A stretch of DNA of 64,000 bases from an uncultured Candidatus Saccharibacteria bacterium (GCA_965225085.1 CBDDBE010000001.1:193641-257640), one strand, 5' to 3'; shown: positions 1-10,299, counted from the stretch's first letter. Notes: generated by a model not told the origin, from the sequence alone. Made by a program: numbers and translations.

Positions 1-258
1 AGTAGTACTGCACTGCATAGCACCGTGAAACGAATAATGTGTTTCATAGCTGGCCGGAATTATTCCCAAAGTTGCCTCGAATGTAAATAGATTCCTGAGA
101 GTTTTCTTAAAATTACAACATCCTACCCCTACAAACAAAATTATGTTATTACTTATGCTTGACGAATCACCCCAGCTGGACATATTCTGCCTGTCATGCG
201 CTTTTATCCACAGCCTAAAACAGCTATACTGAAGATAAGAAAGTGAGGGATTAACCAC

Positions 259-1311
259 ATGGCCGACAAGAAACAAACCGAAGACACAAAGCCCGACAAA
301 ACCGCAACCCCGACTGCAAACGCCGGAAAACTCAAGGCCCTTGGCCTGGCGATGGAACAGATTGAGAAGCAGTTTGGCAATGGTGCCATTATGAAGCTAG
401 GCGAATCGCATAAGGCAGACGTCGAACTAGTCTCATCTGGCGCCCTGAGTCTCGACCTGGCGCTCGGTGGCGGCTACCCCAAGGGACGTATTATCGAGAT
501 CTACGGCCCAGAAAGCTCAGGCAAAACCACTCTAACACTACACGCCATCGCCGAGGTACAACGTAACGGCGGCACCGCAGCATTCATCGACGCGGAGCAC
601 GCGCTTGACCCCGTCTACGCCAAAAAACTCGGCGTCGACACCAGCAACCTACTCATCTCGCAGCCAGACAACGGCGAGCAGGCACTTGAGATCGTCGAGA
701 CACTCGTCCGCAGCAATGCCGTCGACCTCATCGTCGTCGACTCCGTAGCCGCGCTGGTGCCCCAGGCAGAAATTGAAGGCGAAATGGGCGATAGCCACAT
801 GGGCCTCCAGGCTCGCTTGATGAGCCAGGCCCTGCGAAAACTAACCGGCGTCATCAACAAAAGCAAAGCGACTATCATCTTCATCAACCAGATCCGTATG
901 AAGATCGGTGTGATGTTCGGTAACCCCGAGACGACTACGGGCGGTAACGCGCTGAAATTCTACGCCTCAGTACGACTCGACATTCGCCGCACTGGGCAGA
1001 TAAAAGTCGGGGAGGAAATCATCGGCAACCGCACCAAAGTGAAGGTGGTCAAAAACAAGATCGCCCCGCCTTTCCGCCAGGCTGAATTCGACATCATGTA
1101 CAACGAAGGCATCAGTGCGAGCGGCGACGTCCTGGATCTGGCTGTCGTTCACGGTATCGTTGGAAAGTCAGGTGCGTGGTTTGACTACAAAGATGGAAAG
1201 ATCGGCCAGGGCCGCGAAGCCGCAAAGATATACCTCAAGGAACACCCCGACGTCATGACCGAAATTGACAAGCTGGTCCGCAAAAAAGTCGCCGCCGATA
1301 ACGCCCTCTAG
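259..1311 (+). CDS. recA: Recombinase RecA
   Basis: 350-aa ORF with full-length RecA-like sequence and Walker [12 protein letters not shown] gaggga lies upstream of the ATG. Confidence 0.97.
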   Translation: MADKKQTEDTKPDKTATPTANAGKLKALGLAMEQIEKQFGNGAIMKLGESHKADVELVSSGALSLDLALGGGYPKGRIIEIYGPESSGKTTLTLHAIAEVQRNGGTAAFIDAEHALDPVYAKKLGVDTSNLLISQPDNGEQALEIVETLVRSNAVDLIVVDSVAALVPQAEIEGEMGDSHMGLQARLMSQALRKLTGVINKSKATIIFINQIRMKIGVMFGNPETTTGGNALKFYASVRLDIRRTGQIKVGEEIIGNRTKVKVVKNKIAPPFRQAEFDIMYNEGISASGDVLDLAVVHGIVGKSGAWFDYKDGKIGQGREAAKIYLKEHPDVMTEIDKLVRKKVAADNAL

Positions 1312-1317
1312 CATTGC

Positions 1318-1926
1318 ATGCGCATCACTGCCATCAAAGCCCAGGTTCGTAACCCCGAACGTGTATCTATATACATCGACGGAAAATATACATTTTCGTT
1401 AACGCAAAATCAGCTTCTAGAGCAAAAACTCTTTGTTAGTAAAGAGCTCGACGAATTGCAGCTGAATGAGTTAAAAAACGAAAGTGACTACGGCAAACTA
1501 ATGGAGCGGACCATGAACTACGTCATGATTCGCCCACGATCGGTTCGAGAAGTGCGCGACTATTTATGGCGCAAGAAAGCCGCCCCAGAGACAGGTGAGC
1601 GCGTCGTTCAAAAGCTGGCGTCACGTGGCTATCTAGATGACGTGGCATTCGCCAAAAGCTGGGTGCGCGCCCGCCAGCTTACGAAGCCGGTTAGCAAACG
1701 ACGACTGACCGCTGAGCTTATGCATAAAGGTGTCGCCACTGAACTTATTGAGCAGGCGCTGGGAGGCAATGAAGCGGATGGGACGTACGACGAAATAACC
1801 GCGCTACGCCAAATCGTCGCCAAGAAACGCCGTCAAGCTCGCTATCAGGACGACCAGAAACTTATGCAGTACCTGGCCAGGCAAGGATTCGGCTACGACC
1901 TCATAAAACAGACGCTCCAGGAATAA
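1318..1926 (+). CDS. recX: RecA regulator RecX
   Basis: 202-aa ORF starting 7 nt after recA. It has the helical-repeat RecX-like pattern (YLxxRxRSxxEVRxYL). Confidence 0.85.
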   Translation: MRITAIKAQVRNPERVSIYIDGKYTFSLTQNQLLEQKLFVSKELDELQLNELKNESDYGKLMERTMNYVMIRPRSVREVRDYLWRKKAAPETGERVVQKLASRGYLDDVAFAKSWVRARQLTKPVSKRRLTAELMHKGVATELIEQALGGNEADGTYDEITALRQIVAKKRRQARYQDDQKLMQYLARQGFGYDLIKQTLQE

Positions 1927-1941
1927 CATTCCGAGTAATTT

Positions 1942-1963
1942 AAAAGGCGCCCTCGAGGGCGCC
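1942..1963. terminator. Perfect 18-nt palindrome hairpin flanked by an A-run and T-run
   Basis: aaaa-ggcgccctcgagggcgcc. On the minus strand it reads hairpin plus tttt, so it ends the convergent minus-strand unit and sits just after recX. Confidence 0.7.
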
Positions 1964-1999
1964 GCTGGGGCAGAATCCGATGCGGACCTGCCGGTCAGG

Positions 2000-2206
2000 C
2001 TACTGCCCAACGACTTCGATCGGCATCTCGCAACCGCAGCTATTACAGTAGCCGGACGGCCGGTCGAGGGGCATAGGGCTCTTCTTGGATTCGAGATAGC
2101 GCCCCCACAGGCTCTTGGGGCTGTAGATCCCAGCGAGGCAGGTTACGCAGCTTGTGCGCACTTCACTTACCCGCAGAGTGTAGGCTACGCGAAGCGCCGT
2201 CTGCAT
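2000..2206 (-). CDS. Possible small Cys4 zinc-ribbon protein (start uncertain)
   Basis: The ORF contains CxxC...CxxCxC (SCVTCLAG...YCNSCGCEMP). It fills the 200-nt gap between the PRC-barrel stop and the terminator. No clear SD, and it overlaps the upstream gene end. Confidence 0.3.
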   Translation of the reverse strand: MQTALRVAYTLRVSEVRTSCVTCLAGIYSPKSLWGRYLESKKSPMPLDRPSGYCNSCGCEMPIEVVGQ

Positions 2207-2783
2207 CCTGAGCTGTATGAATCTCAGCTGCGGAACGCGGGGCATTACGAAACGGATTATCAACGACGGGCATCACCCTCACAGGAGACTTGTCTTCAAC
2301 TGACGCGCGGCGCACGACAATATATTTGTCATTAATCTCGCTGATCTGTGTCCGATCGATCAATAGCTCGGCGTGGCTAAAGCTCTGCAGCAAGGTCGGC
2401 TTGATGTGCAGCTTAACGATATAAAATGACTCGCTATCTACCGTGTAGCTGCCGACCTTCCCGAGTTTGCGGCCGCCCTCCTCGACAACTGGCATATTTT
2501 CGAGCTCAAAGTGATAATCGATAATTTCCTGGAGACGCACTAGATCATCTGGAGGCATAATGTCGTCGGCATCGTCGATGATGAGGCCAACACTGCTCAA
2601 CTCACGAATATCATTGGTGTATAAAATGGCTGGCGTAAAGTCAATGAGCGGCCCCTCACAGTAAAAAGCAACTATGTTGAGATGCCGCGGGTCGATAATA
2701 TGCCGGACCGCCGTACCCACCTGCGTGCCGGTCTGCAAACTCATCAATGGCAAATTCAGAACATTATCGCGCGGCAAAAGCAT
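2163..2783 (-). CDS. PRC-barrel domain protein (tandem)
   Basis: Translation from the internal Met (MLLPRDNVLNLPLMSLQTGTQVG...) resembles two PRC-barrel repeats. The longer N-terminus in the ORF track overlaps the divergent pilin gene. Confidence 0.5.
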   Translation of the reverse strand: MLLPRDNVLNLPLMSLQTGTQVGTAVRHIIDPRHLNIVAFYCEGPLIDFTPAILYTNDIRELSSVGLIIDDADDIMPPDDLVRLQEIIDYHFELENMPVVEEGGRKLGKVGSYTVDSESFYIVKLHIKPTLLQSFSHAELLIDRTQISEINDKYIVVRRASVEDKSPVRVMPVVDNPFRNAPRSAAEIHTAQDADGASRSLHSAGK

Positions 2784-2855
2784 ATATCCATTATAGAACA
2801 AACCTCCCCATAATCGCAGACTCCGAGGTATAATAGCCGTAAAGGAGTAATCATC

Positions 2856-3254
2856 GTGACGACCACATCCCAACGCGGCTTTACCGTTCTAGAGCTCATC
2901 ATCGCCATCGTCTTCCTAATTGGCGCTGGTACTATTTTCTATGTACAGAAACGTGACCTCGAAGTCCAAGCTCGTGACTCGGCCCGCAAAACTGCCATCA
3001 ACGAAATATACTACAACCTCGAGGATGTATATTACGTAGCCAATCACGCGTATCCGCAAAAAATCACCGCCGATGTGCTAAAAGGGATAGACCCCGGCGT
3101 TCTGAAAGATCCAGACGGCGTAAGCCTAGGCGACAAAAATTCCAGCTACAGCTACGACCCTAAGGACTGCGCCAACAGCCTATGCAAAAGTTACACTCTC
3201 ACAGCCAACCTTGAGCACGAAGCAGACTACGTCAAAACCAGTCGTAATCAATAA
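2856..3254 (+). CDS. Type IV pilin-like / pseudopilin protein
   Basis: GTG start with SD aaggag. Class III signal QRG|FTVLELIIAIVFLIG with Glu at +5 of the mature end. Confidence 0.8.
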   Translation: MTTTSQRGFTVLELIIAIVFLIGAGTIFYVQKRDLEVQARDSARKTAINEIYYNLEDVYYVANHAYPQKITADVLKGIDPGVLKDPDGVSLGDKNSSYSYDPKDCANSLCKSYTLTANLEHEADYVKTSRNQ

Positions 3255-3259
3255 CTAGG

Positions 3260-4027
3260 CTAAAACTGCTCTGGCGGTGGCAGCGTAGGATCGTTATTGA
3301 TGCTATCGCGGTGCTGGCGAAAACGCACCGCAAAGCCTGTCGCTTCTTCCATGGCATCATTGATTGTTTGGGTCACCAACTGTGGACGGGCCACAAAATA
3401 AAATATGTACGGGTTACGGTCATCCCCTTCCGTCGAAACACGGATCGTGCCATAGTTGAGCACCTGCTGCATAATGCCCTGTTGGCGGTAACTAACATCA
3501 TCGATATTCACCAAATTGATCTGCTGCTGCCTGGTCGTAAAGATGCTTGACTGAACGTATTGGATAATGCTCTCGTTGGTCAAATAGAACAAATTGCCAT
3601 TGTAGATATATACCGCCACCAATCCGCCCATCAGGAAAAGTGCAGCTAGCGCCAGAAGTGGCATTGTAACCGCATCGGCAGCTGGCAAACGGTTAAGGCT
3701 AAGGTCGAGTGTCGACGCAATCGTAGCGCGGTTCATATCGTAAAATGGTATAAGCGCCAACACCGCGACGACCAATAGGCTGGTCAAAAGCCATATCGAC
3801 ACAAGGCCGATCGGGTGACGGCGCACCTCCATCACCACATATTCGCCCTTGCTTAGGTGTACGCGGGGAAATTTCTGTAGTGACTCTTCATGTTTGGCCA
3901 TCAAATCGCTGCTAATTTGAATCTCTTGGCGGCTCTGAATCATGGTCGTTGCCGTCGGGTGCACTGGAGCAGCGGCTTTGTAGGCACCGCCTGGATCTGC
4001 TTCTCGTTTGCTGGAAAATAGTCCCAT
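3260..4027 (-). CDS. Membrane protein with bacterial PH (bPH_2/YdbT-like) domain
   Basis: Two-TM hairpin after KGEYVVMEVRRHPIGL, followed by a PH-like C-terminal part. Confidence 0.55.
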   Translation of the reverse strand: MGLFSSKREADPGGAYKAAAPVHPTATTMIQSRQEIQISSDLMAKHEESLQKFPRVHLSKGEYVVMEVRRHPIGLVSIWLLTSLLVVAVLALIPFYDMNRATIASTLDLSLNRLPAADAVTMPLLALAALFLMGGLVAVYIYNGNLFYLTNESIIQYVQSSIFTTRQQQINLVNIDDVSYRQQGIMQQVLNYGTIRVSTEGDDRNPYIFYFVARPQLVTQTINDAMEEATGFAVRFRQHRDSINNDPTLPPPEQF

Positions 4028-4048
4028 AATAGTTCCTCTGTACTCTTA

Positions 4049-5083
4049 TTATAGCAGTTCGGGTTGTAGACTGTCGCTTGACGATTGAGGCCTGCCAAGA
4101 TGCCGATAAGCTCTCGGCGTAACTTTGCGGCCTCGTGGTGTACGCTCCAGGAATCCAATCTGCATCAAATATGGCTCGTACATATCCTCGATAGTAGCTC
4201 GCTCATCCCCCGTCATTGCAGCAAGCGTCTCGACGCCAACCGGACCACCTCTGTAATTTTCGATGATAGCCAGCAGAAGCTGTCGGTCTGCGGGGTCGAG
4301 CCCGGCGTCATCCACCTCGAGTAGTTTCAGCGCCTGGCGAGCAAGGTCGAGGTTGACATTACCATCGCCATGGACCTCGGCATAATCACGTACGCGTTTG
4401 AGCAAGCGATTTGCGATGCGAGGGGTCAGACGAGCACGCTTGGCGATCTCGGCCGCAGCATCAGGCTGAATCTGCACTCCCAAGATATCTGCCGCACGAA
4501 GTATTATCTGCCGCACTTCATCGGGGCTGTAAAATTCCAACCGATGCATAATCCCGAACCGATCGCGCAGTGGCGCAGCCAGGCTACCTGTCCGCGTCGT
4601 GGCGCCGATAACCGTAAACTTTGGCAAATCCAGGCGTAATGACCTGGCCGATGGACCTTTGCCGAGCATAATGTCCAGCTTGAAATCCTCCATGGCACTA
4701 TACAATACCTCCTCGACAGTGTGGCCCAGGCGGTGAATCTCGTCGATAAACAAAATGTCACCATCAATCAAGTTAGTCAAGATGCTAGCCAAATCCCCGG
4801 CGCGCTCAATAGCCGGACCACTGGTAATGCGAATATTGCTGCCCATCTCGTTGGCGATGACCGTCGCCATAGTGGTCTTACCGAGGCCCGGCGGCCCGAA
4901 CAGCAACACATGATCAATCGGCTCGCCGCGCTTTTTGGCGGCAGCAATTGCTAGCTGCAGCTGCTGCTTGAGTCGGGTCTGACCTATATAATTAGCAAAA
5001 TCACGAGGCCGCAGCGTGTTCTCTAGCTGCTGCTCCTGCGGACTCTCCTCGGCGGCAGCCGTATCGACAATACGTTCGATCAT
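4049..5083 (-). CDS. ruvB: Holliday junction helicase RuvB
   Basis: 344 aa with Walker [10 protein letters not shown] and a full-length RuvB-like sequence. It overlaps the ruvA stop by 4 nt. Confidence 0.97.
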   Translation of the reverse strand: MIERIVDTAAAEESPQEQQLENTLRPRDFANYIGQTRLKQQLQLAIAAAKKRGEPIDHVLLFGPPGLGKTTMATVIANEMGSNIRITSGPAIERAGDLASILTNLIDGDILFIDEIHRLGHTVEEVLYSAMEDFKLDIMLGKGPSARSLRLDLPKFTVIGATTRTGSLAAPLRDRFGIMHRLEFYSPDEVRQIILRAADILGVQIQPDAAAEIAKRARLTPRIANRLLKRVRDYAEVHGDGNVNLDLARQALKLLEVDDAGLDPADRQLLLAIIENYRGGPVGVETLAAMTGDERATIEDMYEPYLMQIGFLERTPRGRKVTPRAYRHLGRPQSSSDSLQPELL

Positions 5084-5658
5084 GCTGTGGCCAAAATCTT
5101 CAATGCCTGCTTGATGCGTGCCTGAATATCCTGGCCGGCGTCAACCCTACTCAGCGCATGTGTAGCGTGCTGGAGTGTGTAGCCCAGCGACACCAGCGCG
5201 TCGAGGGCATCATCACTACCAACTAGCTTGGCTGGCGAGCCCGACATCTGCAGCGTCGGCAGTCCAACCTTTTCGCGTAATTCATTCGTGACGCGCTCGG
5301 CAATGCGCTTGCCCACGCCAGCAGCCTGCTGCACGTAGGCGATGTCATTATTGGCAATTGCGCTGCGCACCTGCTCGGCCGACCCCAGACCCAGGATGCT
5401 TAGCGCCATGCGTGGTCCAACGCCGCTCACCGTGATAAGCATCTGAAATAACTTCTTAGCAGCCAGACTCGTAAACCCAAACAGATCGTGAGCGTTCTCG
5501 CGCAAGTGATCGTGCGTATAAAGCTTGACCATGTCGTGAAGGGTAGCGTGGTCAAAGTCCTCGCTAGCCACCAGCACCTCATAGCCCAAACCACCGACGT
5601 CCACAATAAGCGTACCGTCGAACTTTTCTACCACTTCCCCTGAGACATGCGCAATCAT
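5080..5658 (-). CDS. ruvA: Holliday junction DNA-binding protein RuvA
   Basis: 192 aa with an N-terminal OB fold and HhH motifs ([12 protein letters not shown]). Operon with ruvB. Confidence 0.93.
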   Translation of the reverse strand: MIAHVSGEVVEKFDGTLIVDVGGLGYEVLVASEDFDHATLHDMVKLYTHDHLRENAHDLFGFTSLAAKKLFQMLITVSGVGPRMALSILGLGSAEQVRSAIANNDIAYVQQAAGVGKRIAERVTNELREKVGLPTLQMSGSPAKLVGSDDALDALVSLGYTLQHATHALSRVDAGQDIQARIKQALKILATA

Positions 5659-5698
5659 AACTTTATTATGCCATAGACCCTAGATGCGTACTAGTCCC

Positions 5699-6193
5699 CT
5701 ACACCGTCGCTGAGCTATTATTGTACACCGGCATAGTAGCGTGAGTCAGCGCCGCGGCCAAGGCATCGGCACAGTCGTCTGGCTTCGGGACAGTACTGAG
5801 GCCCAGCATGATTCGTACCATTTCCTGAATTTGTTTCTTGTCGGCTTTGCCATAGCCCGTTACAGCCTGCTTGATCTGCATCGGTGTGTATTCAAAGATG
5901 GGAATACCGCGTTGCTGTCCCAGTAACAGCACGATGCCCCGAGCATGGCTCACCGAAATCGCCGTGGTCACGTTGCGGGCAAAGAACAACTTCTCGACCG
6001 ACATAGCATGGAGCTCATGGGCGTTCATCAGCTGCGCTAGCTCGTCGTGAATAGTCACGAGCCTCTCGGGTAGGGGCTGGTGCACGGGCGTGCGGATGAC
6101 ACCAGCGTCGAGCATCTTTGACGTGCCGCCGTAGTGCTCGATAATACCGAAGCCGAGAATACCAGTACCCGGATCGATACCGAGGATCTTCAT
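5699..6193 (-). CDS. ruvC: Holliday junction resolvase RuvC
   Basis: 164 aa starting MKILGIDPGTGILGFG, an RNase H-like RuvC pattern. Confidence 0.93.
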   Translation of the reverse strand: MKILGIDPGTGILGFGIIEHYGGTSKMLDAGVIRTPVHQPLPERLVTIHDELAQLMNAHELHAMSVEKLFFARNVTTAISVSHARGIVLLLGQQRGIPIFEYTPMQIKQAVTGYGKADKKQIQEMVRIMLGLSTVPKPDDCADALAAALTHATMPVYNNSSATV

Positions 6194-6197
6194 CGTG

Positions 6198-6923
6198 CTA
6201 GTCTTTGATCTCGGCGTTGGTGTGCACGTTGGCTACGTCGTCGAGGTCTTCGAGCATATTCAGCAGATTAGTCGCCTTGCGGGCCGTCTCGGCGTCGTCG
6301 ATCTCGACCATTTGATTGGGCACAAAGGTGAGTTCAGCCTCCTTGATATCAAAACCCCGGACCGCTATATCGTCACGCACCGCAGCCAGCTCCTTTGGAT
6401 CAGTATAAATGATAAGCTCGCTGTCGCCGATATCGTCGGCATCCTCGGCCCCAGCGTCGATGACGTTCAGCATCGCCTCGTCGGCATCGCCCAGATAGCC
6501 TGCGCGTATAACACCCTTGCGCGTAAACTGGAACGCCACTGCGCCCGGCTCCGCCATGTTGCCGCCGTTTTTGGTGAATGCCAGGCGCACCTCTGGATAT
6601 GTACGGTTTTTGTTATCGGTTGCGCACTCGACCATCACCGCCATGCCGCCTGGGCCATAGCCCTCGTACATTACCTCTTCGATAATCTCGTCGCCTAGCT
6701 TGCCGCTCCCGCGGTCGATGGATCGCTGAATGTTGGCCGTGGGCATATTGGCCGCCCGGGCCTTGTCGATTGCCAGACGCAGGGCAAAGTTTGTGTCCGG
6801 ATCGGCACCACCCTTAGCAGCAACGGCAATATTGTTGCCTAATTTCGTAAATTCTGCACCGCGGCGCGCGTCCTTAGCGCCTTTTTCTCGCTTGATGGTT
6901 GACCATTTTGAGTGTCCTGACAT
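6198..6923 (-). CDS. yebC: YebC/PmpR family transcriptional regulator
   Basis: 241 aa starting MSGHSKWSTIKREKGAKDARRG, the canonical YebC N-terminus. Confidence 0.93.
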   Translation of the reverse strand: MSGHSKWSTIKREKGAKDARRGAEFTKLGNNIAVAAKGGADPDTNFALRLAIDKARAANMPTANIQRSIDRGSGKLGDEIIEEVMYEGYGPGGMAVMVECATDNKNRTYPEVRLAFTKNGGNMAEPGAVAFQFTRKGVIRAGYLGDADEAMLNVIDAGAEDADDIGDSELIIYTDPKELAAVRDDIAVRGFDIKEAELTFVPNQMVEIDDAETARKATNLLNMLEDLDDVANVHTNAEIKD

Positions 6924-6971
6924 ATTACTCCCTGCTTGCGCTTCGTTGCTATTATTGTACCACTACTTGGC

Positions 6972-8414
6972 CTACTCGACGACACTTTTACTGAGGTAGT
7001 CATAGCGCATTCTGCGGTATAGTACATACCCAATCGCAACAAAGGCCGCGTAGCCGCAGGTCAAGCCCGCCCACGACAAAGAGATAGCCTGGTAGGCCCA
7101 CGGAACACTCGCCAGCCACCCGATGACGCCGGTTATATATCCCAATATGACCTCAGCAGGCAGTGCAAACCAACTACCGATACCCGGAAGCACGACCGCC
7201 CCAATCCCTCCCACGAATGTCGCCAACATCGCAGCCGGCACCAACGGCGCGACAATTATATTTGCCGCCAGCCCCACTATTGATACCTTACCAAATACCA
7301 GCAGCGTTAAGGGAACCGTCATCAGCTCGGCGCACAATGTCTCGAGGGCGATCTGCCCCAGCAGTGGTGCTGTACGCCGACCGTACAAGCGCTTTTGGAG
7401 AAGTGGCGCGCCCAGCATCACACCACCAAACGCCAGGAAGGACAAGTACCAGCCCAAGTCGCCCCAGACATATAGCGGATTGATGGCAGCCGTCACCGCT
7501 GCGCTGAATAGGAGTAGCACCAACGGGTGGATAACCCGTCCGTAATACCACGCCGCCAGCGACAACGACGTTACCAGTGCCGCTCGCGCCATACTCGCAC
7601 TCACACCAGTCACCCCGACAAAACCTATCATCAGCAGCACCGCAGCCAGCGTGGCCTGATACTTGGACCGCTTAGCCAGTAGCCGCCGCGCCGCCCGTAC
7701 CAGAATTGTCAGGTTATAACCCGATGCCACAACGATATGCGTCAGTCCCACAATCTTCAACTGGGCAGTCAAATCCTGTGGCAACTGTGATTTTATGCCC
7801 AGCAAAAACCCAAGGCCCAGGCTTGCCTGAGGCTCGGGCAGCACATTTAGCACCGCCGCGCTGAACTGCCGCCGCAATGTCGCCAAGCCAGATACGCCAT
7901 GCCCCTTCATCTGGACCGCGGCATAATACATCCCTAGCTGATAGCTTCCGAAACCCGACTGAGCTTTGGCAGTTACCGTGACTATATCACCCTGCTTCGG
8001 CTCGACTGCGCTAAAGCTCGTTACGTGCGCGCTACCCGGAACGTGCCATCCGTCCAACACAATATGGTCCATCATAAAGTCAATCTGGCCTTTCGAGCTA
8101 TAAGTCGAATCCTGGGTCACCACTCCAGTAACCGTCGCCCTTTCGCCGACCACCCGCCGATATGGCTGAAGTTGATGCTGCATATCCGCGCCGCGCCACA
8201 GTCCGACCATCAACCCACAGATCACGACCGCTGGAATCGCCACAATCAACCGTCGTCGATAACATAACACTAGCAAGCCGCACCCGACTGCCACGGCAAA
8301 AAATGACGTGCCCATCCCGGTCAGTGCCAATCCGACACCGCCCAGAAATGCCGCGCACCCAAAACCAATAAGCGTCGTTCGTTGAACCCGACGGCCTGAC
8401 ATCACTCCTTGCAT
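6972..8414 (-). CDS. comEC: ComEC/Rec2-family competence channel, short form without the metallo-beta-lactamase domain
   Basis: 480-aa polytopic membrane protein with a DUF4131-like OB segment and competence-domain helices. Start uncertain. Confidence 0.7.
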   Translation of the reverse strand: MQGVMSGRRVQRTTLIGFGCAAFLGGVGLALTGMGTSFFAVAVGCGLLVLCYRRRLIVAIPAVVICGLMVGLWRGADMQHQLQPYRRVVGERATVTGVVTQDSTYSSKGQIDFMMDHIVLDGWHVPGSAHVTSFSAVEPKQGDIVTVTAKAQSGFGSYQLGMYYAAVQMKGHGVSGLATLRRQFSAAVLNVLPEPQASLGLGFLLGIKSQLPQDLTAQLKIVGLTHIVVASGYNLTILVRAARRLLAKRSKYQATLAAVLLMIGFVGVTGVSASMARAALVTSLSLAAWYYGRVIHPLVLLLFSAAVTAAINPLYVWGDLGWYLSFLAFGGVMLGAPLLQKRLYGRRTAPLLGQIALETLCAELMTVPLTLLVFGKVSIVGLAANIIVAPLVPAAMLATFVGGIGAVVLPGIGSWFALPAEVILGYITGVIGWLASVPWAYQAISLSWAGLTCGYAAFVAIGYVLYRRMRYDYLSKSVVE

Positions 8415-8480
8415 TGCAGGGATTATATCGTACGTTGCCTCGTCTGGACAGTCGATAGCCAGTTAACCACAAAACGAAGA

Positions 8481-8537
8481 ACACCCCGCGCCAGCAACGG
8501 GCACCTTTTTGGGGTGTCCTCGCTGTAGCGCGGGGTG
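8481..8537 (-). terminator. GC-rich terminator with two alternative 5' arms
   Basis: On the minus strand, caccccgcg (8537-8529) or acacccc (8517-8511) can pair with cgcggggtgt (8490-8481). A tcttcgtttt run follows. Confidence 0.5.
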
Positions 8538-8547
8538 ATTGGGCGCC

Positions 8548-9069
8548 TCAGGTTTTGAACTGGGCCGCCGTAAGAAGGCTGACAAAGCCCAGGTGATCGG
8601 CCGGCACACTGATCTCGAATGAAGTCACGGCAACGCCGTCGTCTTCTATTCGTTGAGGGCGGCCCAAAACTCGTTGATCGCCCGCCGCCCTTATTTCACC
8701 GTGAAGAACACAGTTCGCCAGTCGTGCGTGCAAAGGTTCGTCGTCGCCGTAGAAGAAAAGGCCAAAGTGCCAATACCCCTCTCTGTACCGCGCGACGAAA
8801 ATCGACTCGTGATCCTGACCGCTGGGCGATCGTACTGGAGCCCAAAATGCCCAGCGCAATCTCGGGGTCACACCCTCGCTCGCATAGGTGCCGCCCACGA
8901 AATGGAGTCCATGCTTGAGTACCTGTGAGGCCCAGTGGCAAAAGGTGCCCAAATCCATATCAGCGCAGCCATGCAAATAGGTGCTCGAAGTAAGGTTGAT
9001 CGCTTCCATGCCTCGCATGCATGCGCGTTGGACGGGCGCCAGCCCGAGCCGCTTGATTGGGTCAGACAT
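8548..9069 (-). CDS. Orphan hypothetical protein (cassette A)
   Basis: 173 aa from MSDPIKRLG. Minus-strand promoter TTGACT (9138-9133), N18, TAAAAT (9114-9109). SD gaagggg. G+C-rich coding sequence with no family recognised. Confidence 0.55.
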   Translation of the reverse strand: MSDPIKRLGLAPVQRACMRGMEAINLTSSTYLHGCADMDLGTFCHWASQVLKHGLHFVGGTYASEGVTPRLRWAFWAPVRSPSGQDHESIFVARYREGYWHFGLFFYGDDEPLHARLANCVLHGEIRAAGDQRVLGRPQRIEDDGVAVTSFEISVPADHLGFVSLLTAAQFKT

Positions 9070-9163
9070 TGTATACCCCTTCGGGATAGACGATACTACC
9101 AACCTGCTATTTTACACATGTTTGTTTCGTGTAGTCAATCTACGCATTTATTTTCAGCCAAAC

Positions 9164-9200
9164 AAAAACGTCGACCGGTAGCGAAGGTGTCGACGTTTTT
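9164..9200. terminator. Bidirectional intrinsic terminator
   Basis: aaaaacgtcgac / gtcgacgttttt, a 12-bp stem immediately 3' of tRNA-Lys. Confidence 0.75.
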
Positions 9201-9203
9201 GCT

Positions 9204-9280
9204 TGGAGGGCCCACTGGGACTCGAACCCAGGACACGAGGCTTAAAAGGCCTCTGCTCTAACCTGCTGAGCTATGGGCCC
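9204..9280 (-). tRNA. tRNA-Lys (anticodon UUU), CCA encoded
   Basis: Hand-folded cloverleaf: GGGCCCA/TGGGCCC acceptor, anticodon loop CTTTTAA, T-loop TTCGAGT. Confidence 0.9.
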
Positions 9281-9328
9281 ACGCGTAACTTAGATCAAGA
9301 AGATTTTACCATTTTTACCCTGTTACCG

Positions 9329-9814
9329 TCAATGGTCTGCCTTCTTGCCGCTACGATGCGTTTGGCGCGTCATGAGGATATCGGCCAGGGCTGCGATGAT
9401 GCCGGCAACCGTAATGGCACTGCTATTGCTCGACAGAAAATTGTAGACCTGGTAACTAGTCGAACTCAATGTCAGCGCTGCACCAAGGGGCATCAGCAAA
9501 AAAACCAGTCCCATGAGCCCAAATGCCGCCGACCCCACCAGCCGCTGCACCTGGCTGGAATACTTCGGCCCACTAAACAGTAGTGCGAACGGCGGAGCTA
9601 AAATCAACAGCGCGGCCACCACTACGGCAAGCGGCGGCGTAACCAGCTCGACACCCTGGCTCTGTATCATCGGTGTCAGCGTAGCCGTCCAGCTAGCGCT
9701 GAGCAGTGAACCCGCACAAAGCGCCAGCCCCAAAACACCAAAACGGCGCTTTGTAAAATACGCCGCCCCAAACAAGGCAACAAACAACACAATAAAAACC
9801 ATAAGCGTATTCAT
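9329..9814 (-). CDS. Polytopic membrane protein, unknown function
   Basis: 161 aa with 4-5 hydrophobic helices. Last gene of the rimK-cluster transcription direction. Confidence 0.5.
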   Translation of the reverse strand: MNTLMVFIVLFVALFGAAYFTKRRFGVLGLALCAGSLLSASWTATLTPMIQSQGVELVTPPLAVVVAALLILAPPFALLFSGPKYSSQVQRLVGSAAFGLMGLVFLLMPLGAALTLSSTSYQVYNFLSSNSSAITVAGIIAALADILMTRQTHRSGKKADH

Positions 9815-9837
9815 GCTATCCCCATCATAGCACCGTG

Positions 9838-10293
9838 CTAGTTGACGGTGAAGCTCACAATCTGACCGATGCCGACACTATGCTGCTGCGTAAAGCCCGC
9901 CGGCAGCTCTAGCACATACTGCGCATCACGATCAGGCAAGAATGCCTTGGGGTACGTACTGGGCGCAACATTCTGCTGCACATACACCACCTTTTTGCCG
10001 CCATCCAGCCACACGATGTCGATGCTATAGTTCATGTCCTTCATCCACATGCCCCAACGGCCCGACCCATCAAAGACAAACAGCATCGCCTGATTATCCG
10101 CTAGCGACGACGTACCCGAAAGCCCCTTCTGACGCGAGGCATCATCGTGCGCGACCTGCGCATACACCAGGCGGTCGCCAATTGTCACGGCAACCTTATG
10201 GCTGTTCAGCGAAAGCAGTAGTGCCCCGCCGGCACCCAAAATCAGTACAAGCGCGACAATCATCACCCACTTGCCCAAGCTGTCGCGCTGCAT
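9838..10293 (-). CDS. DUF192 domain protein
   Basis: N-terminal TM/signal, then the DUF192 pattern (MLFVFD...WMKDM..SIDIVWLD...YVLELPAG). Confidence 0.7.
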   Translation of the reverse strand: MQRDSLGKWVMIVALVLILGAGGALLLSLNSHKVAVTIGDRLVYAQVAHDDASRQKGLSGTSSLADNQAMLFVFDGSGRWGMWMKDMNYSIDIVWLDGGKKVVYVQQNVAPSTYPKAFLPDRDAQYVLELPAGFTQQHSVGIGQIVSFTVN

Positions 10294-10299
10294 GTTTAG

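Noticed and set aside
26-46. Inverted repeat tgaaac-N9-gtttca upstream of recA as a possible LexA/SOS box.
   Set aside because: The spacing differs from known GAAC-N4-GTTC type boxes, it lies about 210 nt from the recA start, and there is no lexA in the window. It may be the terminator of an upstream gene.
159-187. Possible recA promoter TTGACG-N17-ATATTC.
   Set aside because: The -10 is poor, and an alternative TATACT at 225-230 lacks a -35. There is not enough support to annotate either.
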